Counted from the stretch's first letter, positions 29,422 to 40,006 are shown. The stretch: 64,000 nucleotides of DNA from an uncultured Candidatus Binatia bacterium (GCA_965214605.1 OZ243961.1:2944001-3008000), one strand, 5' to 3'. Program-made: numbers and translations. Notes: a model not told the origin generated them from the letters alone.

Positions 29422-29898
29422 ATGAGTATGATCCGAGGCATTCACCACACCGCGATCTCAATCGAAGACATGGAACGTTCACTGCGGTTCTACAAGGACC
29501 TGCTCGGGTTTGAGGAGGTCTTCAATTTTGCCTGGCAGGCTGGCAACACCGTGGTCGATAACATTACCGGCCTACGCGACTCGGCCGCCCAGGTGGTGAT
29601 GCTGCGGGCCGGCAACGCGTGTGTTGAGCTGTTTCAGTACGCCGCCCCAAGCCCTAAGCCGGGCGATCCGAACCGTCCGGTGTGCGATCACGGCATCACC
29701 CATCTGTGTCTGGAGGTGAGCGATATTGATGCCGAGTATGCGCGCCTAAAAGCGGCCGGGATGCGCTTTCACTGTCCTCCGCAGGGGGCCGGGAATGGGC
29801 TACGGGCGACGTATGGACGTGACCCGGACGGAAACGTTGTCGAACTGCTCGAAGTCACCGATCCTGACAGCCGGGTATCGGTGGTCAGCGCTCAGTAG
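29422..29898 (+). CDS. VOC/glyoxalase family protein
   Basis: HHTAI, ELFQY, HLCLEV and RDPDGNVVEL motifs. Confidence 0.92.
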   Translation: MSMIRGIHHTAISIEDMERSLRFYKDLLGFEEVFNFAWQAGNTVVDNITGLRDSAAQVVMLRAGNACVELFQYAAPSPKPGDPNRPVCDHGITHLCLEVSDIDAEYARLKAAGMRFHCPPQGAGNGLRATYGRDPDGNVVELLEVTDPDSRVSVVSAQ

Positions 29899-29949
29899 GC
29901 AGCACACTCGACCCGAGGCACCATGGGACGGCGTGTGAGGACCCCGAGC

Positions 29950-30657
29950 GTGCGTTGCCTGCCCCGCACTGCAGATCCTCAACCCGCCCTTGTCATGTTG
30001 ACTGAGACTTGGGGGAGTCGGGCACGGACCTCCGGTGGATGAGTGAGAAACGGGCCGGTCTTCAGGGCTATTGGACGGGCAGTCACTGCGTTTCTCAGGT
30101 CGCGGGTTTGGCCGCAGCATTGTCCGTCTGTCGGACGGAGAGCAGGGGACCGGCAGGCTAGCATTGTGTGCCGTAGCCGCATGTCAGGATGCTAGTCTGT
30201 CCGCTCCATGATTTTTGATGCGCCCCGAGCCGATAGCGGGTTTGCGTGGCGACTATGCTTGTGCCCAGGAGTGGTTTGAAGACCATCCTGTCTCTTTCCA
30301 TCATTGCCCACGAAGTCTACCGGGATGAGCGATATCTTCGCAAAAAATTAGCCAGATCGAAGCCCTGGGTGGACAGAGATTGCTCTTATGGTCAGCCCGA
30401 AGTCTGTCCATCGTGTCGGGTGCACGGAGACGCTCCTCAAAGTTAAAACCTTTCCAGAGGCCGTTGTCTTTAGGACACCTGCCCGGCTTCGGGACAATCT
30501 GGGTTACGCGGTTCGCCGTTGGAGCCGACTTTTCCAATGCCTAGCGGAAGAATCCGCCGCCGGTGGATACTCCTGTTCATTTGAAGCACCACCAAAACCG
30601 GGCAGTTCGCCGCGTGTCTTCGTTCCAGGCACAATTTTGAGACAGCCCCAAGAGTGA
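29950..30657 (+). pseudogene. Decayed minimal ATP-dependent DNA ligase (LigE-like)
   Basis: Colinear relic motifs WMSEK-RAG-LQGYWTG (30036), MIFDAP (30208), IEALGG, LLKVKT (30433), GHLPG and NPPPV (30551). Confidence 0.75.
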
Positions 30658-30715
30658 TATAAGGACCGGAGGCGATGCAGACCGACGCAACCGGACAGAA
30701 TAAGGAGTGCACACC

Positions 30716-31189
30716 ATGGCGACGTTTCTCCCCGACCTTGGAGATGAAGTGTTTTTACCCGATCGGCAGCGCGTCACGCTGGGCGGCGCGTATCGCGTTG
30801 AAGGTCCTGATAGCGGTAGAATTGTTGAAATTTCGCTGGGTATGGATCTGGTGTGTGTGGTCTGGGATAAGGCCCGGTTGCGCGGCTGGTATGAAGTTGA
30901 GGCTTTATGCAAGGCGGCCGAGATTCGCGGCTCCGACCGTAAGGAGGATGAGACACGGGACAAAAAACGCCCCGGCATCCTGACTGAGGCCGAAATGCTG
31001 CGGATGCCCTCAATTCAGCAGTTGTTAAGCCGTTTGGGATTTATGGAGAATCAGGAGCAGGCCTGTATGTATAACCCTGAGACCTACGACGCGATTGCCT
31101 TCTCCCAGATTGCCGGCCGCTCACTCGCCGAGTTTGTCAGGTGCGGCAGAGAGGCGGGCTGGCTGCAGGAATACGTGAAGGAGGGATAA
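30716..31189 (+). CDS. Hypothetical protein
   Basis: TAAGGAG RBS; 157-aa ORF. Confidence 0.65.
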   Translation: MATFLPDLGDEVFLPDRQRVTLGGAYRVEGPDSGRIVEISLGMDLVCVVWDKARLRGWYEVEALCKAAEIRGSDRKEDETRDKKRPGILTEAEMLRMPSIQQLLSRLGFMENQEQACMYNPETYDAIAFSQIAGRSLAEFVRCGREAGWLQEYVKEG

Positions 31190-31190
31190 G

Positions 31191-31931
31191 TCAGTCCTGA
31201 CCGTTTGTCTGTCGGAGAACCTGGAGGCTTGGGATATGATCGGCGTGAAACTGCCCCAGCCCACGCGCGCCGAGCCGCCGAATCTCCTCACCACACCGCT
31301 CTAGCCCGGCAATGAAATTGCGCAGCTCCAGCCCTAGATAGGCTGGGGCGTGTGGCCTGATCTTGTCCAGGCCGTCGTCTAAAAGCGATACTGTACCGCC
31401 GAAATTTTGGTTGCCCAGGTGATAAAACGCCACCGCAATCTGAATCAGCCCCTGCAGGAAGCGCCGCTCGGGATCGACCTCTTGGACCCATTGGCCTTCT
31501 AACACTTCGTGCACCTCAAAAAAGAGCCGATGGTTAAAGAGCAGCGCCCCCTTGCCTAGAGCCAGATCAAGCGCGGGGAGCTCTGGCCGGGGCTGCCAGC
31601 CTTCAAGGGCTTGCTCGTACTGCCGCAGCATGGCGGCGACCTGGCGACAGTCCGGTCTGAAGTCCGGGGCTAGTGCGACCTGCCAGACCGGACCTCGTTG
31701 ACTCCAGCTCAACAGGGCGTGGCCTTCCAGGTAGTGCCGAACCTGCTCTCGCTCAGCCGCCAGAGCGGGAACGAGGAGCTGGCCGGGGCTCACCACTGGC
31801 GGTGTGTGCCGTATGGTCCGGGCGTAGGCGGCCAGACAGCGGACCGCGGTGGCGACGGTTGGGCTGGCCAGCGCGTCAAGAAGCAGCTCGGCCAGCAGGT
31901 TTCGGGTTGCCAGGGGAAGCGGCATCGTCAT
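31191..31931 (-). CDS. DUF309 domain protein with N-terminal extension
   Basis: LFN..FFEVHEVLExxW..LQGLIQIAVAFYH; coupled to the mutS2 stop. Confidence 0.85.
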   Translation of the reverse strand: MTMPLPLATRNLLAELLLDALASPTVATAVRCLAAYARTIRHTPPVVSPGQLLVPALAAEREQVRHYLEGHALLSWSQRGPVWQVALAPDFRPDCRQVAAMLRQYEQALEGWQPRPELPALDLALGKGALLFNHRLFFEVHEVLEGQWVQEVDPERRFLQGLIQIAVAFYHLGNQNFGGTVSLLDDGLDKIRPHAPAYLGLELRNFIAGLERCGEEIRRLGARGLGQFHADHIPSLQVLRQTNGQD

Positions 31932-34282
31932 CAGCCCACCAGATTGACAATCGTCGCTCCACCGCCGCCCTCGTTCTGCGGGGCTTCGTTATACGAGGCG
32001 CAGTACGGGGAGTGTGACAAGAAATCTTGGACCGCTCGGCGTAAGGCCCCACTGCCAAAGCCGTGGACGACGCGGACCGACGACTGGCGGTTCAACATGG
32101 CTTGGTCCAAAAACTCGGCCAAACGGGACAGGGCTTCATGCACCCGTAAACCCAGCAGGTTGACTTCTGGCTGAACGCTGCCTGCCCGTTTGACATTGAC
32201 ATGGATCGTGCGCTGACGGTTGACCTTGCCGGCCTTGCGCACCTTGTTCAGCGCCATTTCAAAGGTGATCCCGCCACTCTGAATCCGGGCCCGCTGTCCA
32301 CTCAGGGCGATCAGCTCCCCCCGGATTTTGCCGTTCTGGGTTTCCACCTGATCGCCGATCTGGGGCGGTGTCAAGCTGTTGTTCGCGGTCGGTCGCTGGG
32401 CGCGTTCTTTGCTCGCAATGGCGCTGCGTTGCTCGTCTAAGAACTGGCTTAAGGCCCGCTGGGCCTTGTGACGCTCGGCCTGTGGGCCAGCCACCCGACG
32501 GCGTAGGTCGGCGACCAAGGCGCGTCCTTCTTCACGCAGATTGCGCACCAGGGCCTTGGCCTCGGCCAGCTCGTCCTGCCAGATACGGCGTCTGTGCTCC
32601 TCAGCCTCGGCCAGCAAGGCTTGGCGTTTTTTGCGCAGGGCGGCCGCTTTCTTCCACTCCTCGGCCACCTGGACGCGCTCCTTGTCCAGCCCGGCCTGTG
32701 CGATTTCGAGCTTGCTCATGGCCTCAGACAGTTGGCGCACTTCGGGCGACAAGGACGCCTCGGCTGCGTGACACACGTCCTCGGACAGACCCAGCCGCCG
32801 GGCCATCGGCAGACCAAGACTCTGGCCGACGGTGTCGTAGTCTAGGGCATAGTGCGGGGTGAGTGTTTCCAGGTCAAAGTTGACCGACGCGACTTGATAG
32901 GCCTCATCGGCTACGGCAAAAAGTTTGAGCGGTGTCAGATGGGTCGAAGCAGCAACAAAGATGCCCCGTTCTTTGAGGTGACTGAGCAAACCACAGGCCA
33001 GCGCGCCGCCCTCAATCGGGTCAGTGCCGGCGCCCGGTTCATCAAATACGATGAGGGCGGGCGGCAGAGCGTCTTGTAAGATCTCCGACACATTGTTGAT
33101 ATGGGCAGAAAACGTCGACAGGCTTTGCTCTAGCGACTGTTCGTCACCGATATCGCTAAACACCCCGCGCAAGAAGGGCAGTTGGCTCTCTTCTTCGGCC
33201 GGAATGAGCAGTCCACTGTGAACCATCAGACATAACAGGCCGAGGGTTTTGAGGGCAGCGGTCTTTCCACCTGTGTTGGGACCGGTGATGATCAGGCCCA
33301 GTTTGCCCTCGGGGATAGACAGATCGATCGGCACGACCGGCTGACCCGAGGCCAACAGCAGTGGGTGACGGGCTTTGTTCAGCCGAAATGTCGCGGCGCC
33401 AAAGCTCGGCTTACTCCCGCCCTGCTTGCGGGCCAAAACGACCTTGGCATGCAACACGTCGACCTCGGTCAGGGTGCTGAAGAGACACTCCAGTTGGGGT
33501 AACTTCTGGCTGACCAGTTCTGTCAACCAGGCTAGCAGACGGTGCTCTTCGGCCTCCACCTCTTTACCGGCTACGGTGAGACGGTTGTTGAGGGCGACCG
33601 CGAACAGCGGCTCGATAAAAACCGTCTCGCCCGACCCGGAACGGTCTTGCACAACCCCTTGGAGTCGGGTGTGAAAATTGGTCCGAACCGGAATGACAAA
33701 GCGATTGTTCCGAATCGTAATATACTGATCGGCAATCACGTCTTTGAGCTGGGACGAACGTAGCTGGGCGCGGAGGCGGCGCTCGATCTCATCCCGCAGG
33801 GTTCGCACGCTGCGGCGTAGGGCGCGCAGGGTCGGACTGGCCTCATCCTTCAGCTGACCGCTGTCGTCTAGGCAGCGCCTGAGCGTATTTTCCAGAGCCG
33901 GCAACCGCGGCAGGCGGGCCGGCAGGTCGGCTAGCAACGGTGCCTGTTTGGTATGACGCTGAAAAAATTGCGCCAGCTGGTGTGACACGGCAAGCGTGGT
34001 TTGGATCTCAAGGAGGCGTGGCCCCTCAAGAACCGCCCCGGCATGGCCAGCCGCTTGCAGGGCTGGTCGGATATCCGCAAACTCGCGCAGGGGCAGGCTG
34101 AGCTGCTCTTCGAGCAGGCGGAAAAACTGCCAGGTTTGCTCACTCTTTTTTTCGATTTGCTCTGGATCTGTGGCGGGACGAATCGCCGCACACGCTTCTC
34201 GGCCGGACGCGGACACCGCGCAGTCGGCCAGCAATTGGAGCAGGGTGTGAAACTCAAGGGCGTGGAGGTCTTTTTCTCGCAT
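31931..34282 (-). CDS. mutS2: Endonuclease MutS2
   Basis: GPNTGGKT P-loop, DIGDEQS..SLSTFS, DEPGAGTDP, C-terminal Smr domain (VHGFGSGALR). Confidence 0.96.
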   Translation of the reverse strand: MREKDLHALEFHTLLQLLADCAVSASGREACAAIRPATDPEQIEKKSEQTWQFFRLLEEQLSLPLREFADIRPALQAAGHAGAVLEGPRLLEIQTTLAVSHQLAQFFQRHTKQAPLLADLPARLPRLPALENTLRRCLDDSGQLKDEASPTLRALRRSVRTLRDEIERRLRAQLRSSQLKDVIADQYITIRNNRFVIPVRTNFHTRLQGVVQDRSGSGETVFIEPLFAVALNNRLTVAGKEVEAEEHRLLAWLTELVSQKLPQLECLFSTLTEVDVLHAKVVLARKQGGSKPSFGAATFRLNKARHPLLLASGQPVVPIDLSIPEGKLGLIITGPNTGGKTAALKTLGLLCLMVHSGLLIPAEEESQLPFLRGVFSDIGDEQSLEQSLSTFSAHINNVSEILQDALPPALIVFDEPGAGTDPIEGGALACGLLSHLKERGIFVAASTHLTPLKLFAVADEAYQVASVNFDLETLTPHYALDYDTVGQSLGLPMARRLGLSEDVCHAAEASLSPEVRQLSEAMSKLEIAQAGLDKERVQVAEEWKKAAALRKKRQALLAEAEEHRRRIWQDELAEAKALVRNLREEGRALVADLRRRVAGPQAERHKAQRALSQFLDEQRSAIASKERAQRPTANNSLTPPQIGDQVETQNGKIRGELIALSGQRARIQSGGITFEMALNKVRKAGKVNRQRTIHVNVKRAGSVQPEVNLLGLRVHEALSRLAEFLDQAMLNRQSSVRVVHGFGSGALRRAVQDFLSHSPYCASYNEAPQNEGGGGATIVNLVG

Positions 34283-34358
34283 GAAAACTGTCAACCCTAG
34301 AAGAGGACGGCTGGGAGCGTTGGGCGTCAGAGGCCGTGGTCCTGGGAAATGCGCGAGA

Positions 34359-35552
34359 CTAGGGCACGAACGACACTTTAACCGCCCCTGAGTTTTTTTT
34401 TCTGGCCGCTTGACCGAGTGCCCGCCGGTACTCGTTAAGCGGATATTTGCGGGGGTGAATTGGGGTCAGATCTGCCCGGCGACGGGCAACAAATTCAATC
34501 GCCCGTGCAAAGGTGTCGGCGCGTTTGCCCTGAAAGACCTCGGTTCCATATGTGAGGCTACCGACGATGGACACCTCTTTCATCCACACCGGGGTCCAGT
34601 CTACGCCCTGGGGTAGTGCCGCTAGGCCGAGAACGACCAGGCTGCCTTTGCCACGCACCATACGTAGGGCCTGATTTAGAGTGAGTGAGCTGGTGACGGT
34701 ATCGTAGACGAGTCGCACGCCGCCGGACAGGATCGCTCCACCACCCGACAGCTTGTGGACCGTGGTGTCGGCCAGGGCACCGACCCGTTCCATCACATCA
34801 TCCTTCTGGGCATCAATAATCTCGTCCGCTCCTAGGGCGCCGGCCAACTCGGCTTGGAAGGGATACTTAGCGATACACGCAATCCGACAGCTCGGCTCAA
34901 CCGCCCGGAGGGCTGCAATATTCATCAGTCCAATCGTCCCGGCCCCAATGACCACGACGAGCTCTCGTTTGTGGGGCGGGTTGTTCAGCACGGCCCGCAG
35001 GCAGACCGAGAACGGTTCAAGCAGGGAGGCTTCGTCGTCTCCGATTGTATCCGGTACCGGAAAGAGACGACGGCTATGGGCCACGAAATATTCTCCCCAG
35101 CCACCGCCGGTGTCCGGGCAGGTGCCGATGAGAATACCGGGTTTGAGACACCCCTCGGCCAGATGTTCGCAGATCCCGGGATTCCCGTCCTTGCACTGCG
35201 GACACTGCTTTCTGAAGCCCCGCTCTCGGCAGCCCAAGCTGGGGTCAATGGACACGCGTTGGCCGGGGTGGAGCGTGGCCACCCGCTTCCCAACGGTTTC
35301 AACCTCGCCGAATAACTCATGGCCGGGGATGATGGGAAGTTGAAAATAGGGTTCGGCCGATGGCATGGACTTCCACTGCAGGAAGCCGAGATCGCTGCCG
35401 CAAATGCCAGCGATTTTGCTTTTGACCACGACCCAGTTATCGTTGGGCAGATCCGGGATTGGGACCTCTGTCAGACTCAGATTGGCCAGGCCGGGCAGGT
35501 AAGCGGGAGCCGCTTTGTGCTGTCGTTCAGCAGAGAAGACAAGGGCTTTCAT
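34359..35552 (-). CDS. Zn-dependent alcohol dehydrogenase family protein
   Basis: GICGSD, GHE, structural Zn cysteines and GAGTIG motifs. Confidence 0.93.
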   Translation of the reverse strand: MKALVFSAERQHKAAPAYLPGLANLSLTEVPIPDLPNDNWVVVKSKIAGICGSDLGFLQWKSMPSAEPYFQLPIIPGHELFGEVETVGKRVATLHPGQRVSIDPSLGCRERGFRKQCPQCKDGNPGICEHLAEGCLKPGILIGTCPDTGGGWGEYFVAHSRRLFPVPDTIGDDEASLLEPFSVCLRAVLNNPPHKRELVVVIGAGTIGLMNIAALRAVEPSCRIACIAKYPFQAELAGALGADEIIDAQKDDVMERVGALADTTVHKLSGGGAILSGGVRLVYDTVTSSLTLNQALRMVRGKGSLVVLGLAALPQGVDWTPVWMKEVSIVGSLTYGTEVFQGKRADTFARAIEFVARRRADLTPIHPRKYPLNEYRRALGQAARKKNSGAVKVSFVP

Positions 35553-35705
35553 ATCGCTCCATTCCCCATGCTGGTGTGTTTAGCGGAAGCGGCGCGATGG
35601 TGCAAGCGAAACGGCTGCGGCCTGATTGCGGCCCGGCCCAATTTTTGTCATCATCGGTTGCAGTCAAAACACCCGCCAACAGGATGCGGAGCAGGGGAGG
35701 ACGCG

Positions 35706-36170
35706 GTGGCACGGCTGAGCGCACAGGAATTTGCCGATCTGTTGACACGTCTGGTTGAGCATCTGGGGCGGTACAGCTTCAGGCCAGGCTCATGAAAGGT
35801 AACGCCCTGGTCTCACGCAAGCGTCCGGTCAAGGCGTCGGTCCTGATCAAGCAGCTGTATCAGTTGAGTGGCGGACTCCGACGCGAGCACGCCGCCCGCT
35901 ATGCGGTCGAAATGTTATGGCAGGAGATGCTGTCGAGCACAATGGATGAGAAGCAGTCAAAAACGCCTGGCCGAACGGGTCAACGCCTGCCTGTTCGAGC
36001 GGCTTGAGGTGCTCCCCGACAAGCAGGCGGATTTGTTGGTCGCACTCGGCGCCTACCACCGGGCGCTGGCCACCTTAAGTACCGACGGAGATTGCGTATT
36101 TAGAGATGCTCCTTCGAGCAACCCCTCGCGTGGCGCACTTTTTGCGCGACCATAAAGCCGGGTTGTCCGG
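35706..36170 (+). pseudogene. Hypothetical helical protein broken by about three frameshifts
   Basis: GGAGG RBS and GTG; protein-like reading continues across shifts near 35780, 35962 and 36088. Confidence 0.55.
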
Positions 36171-36241
36171 TGTCGTTCCTGTCGGCGAGCCGACCGTTGC
36201 CGTGGGGGCTAAGCTTGTGGCGACCGCTCAGGAGCAGCGTC

Positions 36242-36835
36242 TTAGCTTGGCTGCTCGACCAGCCCTTTTTTGAGACCCCGCAGGGTCAGGACAAACGCCT
36301 CGCGTAGAGCACTTTTCCGGAGGCCTAAGGGGATCGGCATATGGGTCTTATCCTTAGTTGAGGCCCGGTAGGTCAACAGGGTTTTTTCGCCGTCTGGGGA
36401 CGGTGTTAAAACATATTCTCCACGCAGATCGGTCATCTGATTTTCGACCGTTTCGAGCAGCACCCGATTCTCTTGGGGGAAAAAAGTAAAGGCCAAAGTG
36501 CTCTCCTGGGGGCGTCCCAAGACCTGCATTTCAAACGCGACCACCTTGCGATTACCGTGATGGTGGACAAGCTCAGAGCGGCGGACCGAGTCGCTGAACT
36601 CCTGGCTTCGTTCGGGTTCGGTTAGCGCGCGCATGACCCGTGCCACCGGGGCGTCGAGTCGAGAGGTAAACTCGACCCGCAGGACATCGTCTTGTTGGTC
36701 GAGCGTCTCGCTGAGGATCTCGGCAACCGGTCTGTTCCACTCTGCGGCCGCGCTTTTGGCCTGGTAGTAGCGGACGCTGATGAATCCAACGCCGATCACA
36801 CACAGAGTGAGAATTCCCCACAGCCCCGTTTTCAT
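36242..36835 (-). CDS. SRPBCC/START-fold protein with N-terminal membrane anchor
   Basis: N-terminal TM helix; LDAPVARV..L.EPE pattern; C-terminal helix. Confidence 0.7.
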   Translation of the reverse strand: MKTGLWGILTLCVIGVGFISVRYYQAKSAAAEWNRPVAEILSETLDQQDDVLRVEFTSRLDAPVARVMRALTEPERSQEFSDSVRRSELVHHHGNRKVVAFEMQVLGRPQESTLAFTFFPQENRVLLETVENQMTDLRGEYVLTPSPDGEKTLLTYRASTKDKTHMPIPLGLRKSALREAFVLTLRGLKKGLVEQPS

Positions 36836-36840
36836 CGCTG

Positions 36841-37239
36841 TTACCGTCTTCTGTGCTGGAGGCGTGTGGGAGCGCTGAAATAGATCGGCTCAGTGCCGCG
36901 CAGGTGATCTGTGCTGAGAATGTAATTGCCCCCCATTGACGGACTCCAGACTCGCTCGGCCACTTCCTTATTCCCCCCGGTCAGGGCATAGGCCATGCCT
37001 CCGGTCAATCCGCCGAGCAGGGCATAGCCTAGTTTTGCCGGGATATATACCACATTGGCGGCGACGGTCGCTGTTCCAATACCGGCATCTTTGAGGTACT
37101 GGGATTCGTTTGCACCCGCTGGCGCCGTTCCCAAGTCGGCCTCTTCAAAGTACTGGGATTGTGCGCCCGCCAGATCCGGCCAGGCCAACAGCCCTATAAC
37201 GATTCCGCTACAAACGCAGCGTCGTAGCGTCTTCCTCAT
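36841..37239 (-). CDS. Secreted or membrane hypothetical protein
   Basis: Signal peptide; Gly-rich hydrophobic segment; GGAGG RBS. Confidence 0.7.
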   Translation of the reverse strand: MRKTLRRCVCSGIVIGLLAWPDLAGAQSQYFEEADLGTAPAGANESQYLKDAGIGTATVAANVVYIPAKLGYALLGGLTGGMAYALTGGNKEVAERVWSPSMGGNYILSTDHLRGTEPIYFSAPTRLQHRRR

Positions 37240-37251
37240 GTGTTCCTCCTC

Positions 37252-38001
37252 TCATCCTTCTGTCCTCACCACACAATCCGGAGGTAAGACGTTCATTAAA
37301 TGGTCAAAGGCTCGCTCAACATAAGTTTGGTCTTTGGACTCAAGCGTGACTTTGACCCGATAGTCTGGATCGTTGATTTTTGGATAGGAGCCCAAGAGCA
37401 GATCGGGATAGTGCTCAAGGGTGTCGTTCAGGGATGCCGCGATATTGCTCTCATAGGTATTGGTGTAGATGATTTTGAGATAATAGGGACTCGTTGTAAA
37501 GCGGTCTTTGAGGGCCAGGAATTTCTGCCGTAAGATTTCTGGAATACCGGGCAGGATATAGACATTTTCGATCTTGACGGTTGGAAAACGCAGGTTGTCC
37601 TCTGAGAGCAGCTCCGCGCCTTCCGGAACGTCGGCCATACGCATATAGGCGGCGTTGGGCGTGCGTTTGATCGCGTATTCGAGCAGCTTACTCTCCAAGA
37701 CCGGATGGCGGATGATCTGTCGGCCTAAACCGCTGGCAATCCCTTCCATTGTGATGTCATCGTGGGTTGGACCGATCCCGCCCGAGGTAAAGACGAGGTC
37801 AAACTGCTGGTGGAAGTCACGCACGGTAGCGGCGATCAGATCTAGTTCATCCGGAATGACAACCACTCGACGGAGGCTCACGCCAATCTTGCGAAGCTCC
37901 TGAGCCAGAAAGGTCGAATTGGAATCGGTCGTCTTACCGGACAAGATCTCATTGCCGATGATAACAATGCCCGCAGTGAATTCTTGCCGCGCTTCTTGCA
38001 C
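37252..38001 (-). CDS. CinA N-terminal / COG1058 molybdopterin-binding-like protein
   Basis: IGNEILSG, DSN, SGGIGPTHDDIT and LPGIP motifs. Confidence 0.92.
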   Translation of the reverse strand: MQEARQEFTAGIVIIGNEILSGKTTDSNSTFLAQELRKIGVSLRRVVVIPDELDLIAATVRDFHQQFDLVFTSGGIGPTHDDITMEGIASGLGRQIIRHPVLESKLLEYAIKRTPNAAYMRMADVPEGAELLSEDNLRFPTVKIENVYILPGIPEILRQKFLALKDRFTTSPYYLKIIYTNTYESNIAASLNDTLEHYPDLLLGSYPKINDPDYRVKVTLESKDQTYVERAFDHLMNVLPPDCVVRTEG

Positions 38002-38089
38002 AGGAGCACTATAGCCTTATTGGGGGGCTAAGGGCAAGATTGAGCCAGGCCCAAGGGGCGGGTCCCTATTGAAGGAGGCGAATTCAGAG

Positions 38090-39115
38090 TCAGCGAGGGT
38101 CGGCAAAGGCGACATCTAGATCGTCCAGAGCTGTGAGCTCCCGGCTGAGATAGGCTTTGAGCTTTTTTTTCAAACGACTCTCCAGCTGTCGGACCCGCTC
38201 TCTGCTAATGCCGTATTGATCGCCGATTTCTTGGAGGGTGAGGGGCTCTTCGGCCAATAAGCGCTCAGAAAAGATGAGGGCATCCTTGCCTTCGAGAGTC
38301 TGGGCGAAGGTGTCCATTTTCTCCCTTACCAAGGCCCGATACTCAATAGCCGAGACCTCTTCCTCCACGGTGGCGTGGGGGTCGGCCAGAAAATCAAGCA
38401 TGGTCGAAGACTCGTCTTGAGTGTCAATCGGGGTATCGACAGACAGGTCTCGGGACGACAGCCGTTGCTGCATCTCGACCACTTCTTCTTCCTTGACGCC
38501 GAGATTCTGGGCCAGGAGTTTGGGGCCGGGCGAGAAGCCCTCGGCCTCAAGCCGCTTTCTTTCTCGTTCGAGATTAAAGAAGAGTTTGCGCTGGGCCTGG
38601 GTGGTACCAATTTTGACCATCCGCCAGTTGTTCATGACATACCGGATGATATAGGCTCGGATCCACCACACGGCGTAAGAGGGGAAACGCACGCCACGGT
38701 AAGGATCGAAATTGCGCACTGCCTCCATGAGGCCGACATTGCCCTCCTGGATTAAGTCGAGCAGGTTGCGGAAAGCCCGCTGGTAGTTGCGGGCGATCAT
38801 CACGACGAGGCGCAGGTTGGCGGTGACAAGGCGGTAGGCCGCCCGAACGTCGCCGTACTCCTTGTAGCGGACGGCAAGTTCGTGCTCCTCTTCCGGACTG
38901 AGCAGCGGATAGCGGCGAATCTCCAGCATATAACGGTTCAGCGTATCGGTTGGGACTAGCGCTGTGTCGGCGTCCAAGTCGACCTCGGATGAGACTGAGG
39001 GAGCCAAAAGCGTGATGTCGGAGCTTTGGGGCGCGTCGAAAAGCTCCTGGTCCTTGGACGGTGAAGGGGCGGATGGGCCGACTTCGACCGCTGTGTTGTC
39101 AAGTTTGTGGGGCAT
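38090..39115 (-). CDS. rpoH: RNA polymerase sigma-32 factor
   Basis: DLIQEGNVGL, YAVWWI, RpoH box QRKLFFNL and SRERVRQLE motifs. Confidence 0.88.
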   Translation of the reverse strand: MPHKLDNTAVEVGPSAPSPSKDQELFDAPQSSDITLLAPSVSSEVDLDADTALVPTDTLNRYMLEIRRYPLLSPEEEHELAVRYKEYGDVRAAYRLVTANLRLVVMIARNYQRAFRNLLDLIQEGNVGLMEAVRNFDPYRGVRFPSYAVWWIRAYIIRYVMNNWRMVKIGTTQAQRKLFFNLERERKRLEAEGFSPGPKLLAQNLGVKEEEVVEMQQRLSSRDLSVDTPIDTQDESSTMLDFLADPHATVEEEVSAIEYRALVREKMDTFAQTLEGKDALIFSERLLAEEPLTLQEIGDQYGISRERVRQLESRLKKKLKAYLSRELTALDDLDVAFADPR

Positions 39116-39152
39116 GGTGCTACAGCCTATTGAGGCTTGTTGGAGGGGAGGC

Positions 39153-39356
39153 CTATTCGGATTCTTGGGGCATTTTTTTCCAGACTTTTCCGGTCGCAAT
39201 CTCGCGCAGCGCGGTGACGATTTCCTTATTGTCAGGGGAGGCCACTAGGGGCAACGTCCCTTTCAGGAGTTCTTTGGCCCGTTGGGCTGCTACGACGACC
39301 AATTCAAAGCGGTTGGGAATTTTGTACAGACAGTCTTCAACGGTAATCCGGGCCAT
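39153..39356 (-). CDS. rpoZ: RNA polymerase omega subunit
   Basis: [26 protein letters not shown]. Confidence 0.96.
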   Translation of the reverse strand: MARITVEDCLYKIPNRFELVVVAAQRAKELLKGTLPLVASPDNKEIVTALREIATGKVWKKMPQESE

Positions 39357-39535
39357 GGCTCTTCCTCCTCAACGGACGCGTATTCATACATAGCGAAAAG
39401 AAGCTGGGAAAGAAACCTCTGTCGCTCGTACGAGACCCAAGCGCGCTCCGGACCGACCTTGACAAGCCGCCAACGACACGCTACTTCCGGTCCCCTAAAG
39501 GGCTCCCCACCGGCTCGGAAAATCTGGAGAAAGCC

Positions 39536-40006
39536 ATGGGTTTTTGGGAACGTCTCATTGGATCAGACTCCATGCAGAGTAAAGACACGCGAGATCTTGT
39601 GTCGGATCTGCTACTCAGCTGCACCGAAGAGCAGCAGCTCGCCCAGCAGGTGCGCGAGCATGCCAAGCGCGCTCCCCACCGCGCCGGGGCCCAACAGCTC
39701 CAAGCGGTTGCCGAACAACAGGACCGAGTCGTCCAGCTTCTTGAGGACGCCCTGAGTGCGCTGGGCGAGACAGTCAGCCCTGAACCAAAACCTGCCACAG
39801 GCGGCCAGAACCACTGGACTCGAGTTGTCCACGATCTTGCAGATAATCAGGCACTTATGAAACGCTATGGCGAGCAGCTGGCCTATTGGGATCCAGAGAT
39901 GCCCGACATAGTTGAGCTCTTTCGGACCCTGGAACGGGACAAGAGCCAGATCGGCGCTGCGCTACGCGATATTGCGCTGCGAGCTGACCCCCACGCCCTA
40001 GATTAG
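39536..40006 (+). CDS. Hypothetical protein, possibly a ferritin-like four-helix bundle
   Basis: All-helical 156-aa ORF with GGAG RBS. Confidence 0.6.
   Translation: MGFWERLIGSDSMQSKDTRDLVSDLLLSCTEEQQLAQQVREHAKRAPHRAGAQQLQAVAEQQDRVVQLLEDALSALGETVSPEPKPATGGQNHWTRVVHDLADNQALMKRYGEQLAYWDPEMPDIVELFRTLERDKSQIGAALRDIALRADPHALD

Noticed and set aside
30151-30204. Imperfect inverted repeat suggesting a structured RNA
   Set aside because: It lies inside the DNA ligase pseudogene and matches no RNA family I recognise.
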